From assembly GCA_051294905.1 (NCBI GenBank), contig CM119375.1:18724001-18788000 (forward strand): DNA of 64,000 bases, read 5' to 3'. Positions 62,319 to 64,000 of this stretch are shown piece by piece. The stretch is from Botryllus schlosseri (lineage: Eukaryota). The notes under the pieces were generated by a model. It had not been told where the DNA came from and ran no database searches. It saw only the letters and a list, made by a program, of their open reading frames with translations. The translations under genes and the position numbers were made by a program. The stretch's first letter is position 1. Every line of letters starts with the position of its first letter.

Positions 62319-64000
62319 TCAGTTGCGCGGCGTGTTACACACCGCGAGGGAATCGCAGCTTCAACAAACGATGTGTGGGGCAATGGAGAGGATTATCTAC
62401 TGATTCATGAATGCCTGTTATGCTGTATCGTAACACGTAGATCTGATGCTTAGTGAGTATACGGCGTCTATAAACAAGTTGGACATACTCGATTCAGCGG
62501 TTGTTATCGACGTTGTGACTTCGTGACGTTGAACAGTCCCAATTATCTGTAAGATAATATTTTGTCGCTGAAAATCTTTTTAGCGTTTCCGGATCGCTAT
62601 TCCGGCTATCTCAGCGCTACCAATTGAAATAGACTAATAACAGACGATATCTGTATTAGAATTATGCTCGAGCACGATAATTAACGATAAAATTCGGTTG
62701 ACCATTGGATCCGTGATCTGAAGAATTGACGATGTCTAAATCGTTGTCGCTGTTCCTGGCATTTGGGATTATAATTAACCTTGTCGTGGATACGAGATCT
62801 GCATTTTCTGGTAAGAAGCATCTCTCTAAAATGATACTATGGATATCATATTTGCGCAATCTTAAGAACCTCTAAACTGGTAATACGGGTGCCAATCCCG
62901 GGCACTTAGATAGGGTAGGACGAGCATCCACAGTACTTCATAGCAACGTTTGTTGAACAACTGAGCACTGATCCGCGTTGGAAAACTCACAATCACGAGT
63001 TCGAGTTGTTAAAAATGTTGATTTCGTTTGGGCTGTTATGCAGATTGAACGAAAGTTTTACTCAGTTTCCTCGCAGTTAGCAAATGCGTTTACACTTGAA
63101 CTCACCACGGGGACGAGTTTAAATAGTAGCCACGAAGAGAGTAGTCATATATTCGGGAATACCAAGCTATCATCGATATCCCAATACCATGTCATGAAAA
63201 GTGACTTCAACCACACTCCATGGAGTTCAGCTGTTTCGTGATACTTCGACGGTAAGGGTGTCCATTTTGAAAGGCGTTGACCTCGGATATTCATCCGTAA
63301 AATGAATATATATAACCTACCACACAATACGAGTTGAAATACGCTCGGGGCCATAAATATACTCCAAGTGCCGATCACGTTGGAGTAATTTCTATATACT
63401 CTCCGCCTGTGAAAACAAATCAATTCACAAGACCATTGAGATAAGAAAACTCCGGCCAGACCGACCATATGTCCACTTCCCCTCGGTAAATATATTATTT
63501 TTGGAATTGTTGACGATAACGGTCGTTTTATGAAGTAATAACTCAAATGCATGAGACTAACTTTTCCTGTACTCGACCACATGCGAATTATATTTCGGCT
63601 GGTGTATAACTGACAGACAACTATAGAAGGACAACAAAGGTGAGCTTGATGGCGATATTGAAATTTTAATTGTGCGATATTGTGAAAGAATTCAGACTGT
63701 AGTACCCGATAGGTAGCCTAAAGCAATTTTGCCGTCGAAAATGTTCTAAGAGTAATTTTATCGGTCATTATGGCCGGCTACAGGAGCTATTTGTACCCGA
63801 CACCTCATTATTTGATGAGCTATGTAACGTTAGTTTGTGTATTGCATGCATAGTTGAAGGGCATGAGTGAATGGGTGCTAGTAATACGCCTTGAGGCAAT
63901 ACATTCCTGTTCTGCTCTTTATTATTTCAGCAATCGATTAGTCGTGTATTTATATTGAATAGGCTATAACTTTCCATAACATATCTGATATGATGATATC

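Noticed and set aside
62978-63582. 87-aa and 145-aa ORFs as genes
   Set aside because: No recognisable domain; the plus-strand donor near 63252 follows a stop in the only long open frame.

Overview
AT-rich eukaryotic (most likely invertebrate animal) genomic DNA with spliceosomal introns. No prokaryotic genes, CRISPR array, rRNA or true tRNA were seen. (1) 1-4214: 3' part of a ZMYM1-like hAT transposase, split by a 3.4-kb DNA transposon (389-3811, ~141-bp TIRs, perfect 8-bp TSD) whose own transposase has a stop and a frameshift. (2) ~4790-8755: Ty3/Gypsy retrotransposon with an uninterrupted ~1220-aa gag-pol ORF, a YLDN RT motif and no matching 5' LTR. (3) 11223-18919: 4-exon PAQR9-like (membrane progestin receptor epsilon-like) gene on the minus strand. 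Its intron 2 holds a complete antisense, 2-exon, divergent choline transporter-like (SLC44A1-like) gene (12892-15442). (4) ~19-64 kb: gene-poor region packed with non-autonomous hAT-type elements, many with readable 8-bp TSDs and several nested in one another. It also has a GC-rich hAT derivative (28411-29663) whose transposase remnant resembles a family I recall from oomycetes, diatoms and mosses, a tRNA-derived SINE, and a 154-bp tandem duplication. All calls were made by eye from the sequence and ORF track; no database searches were run.
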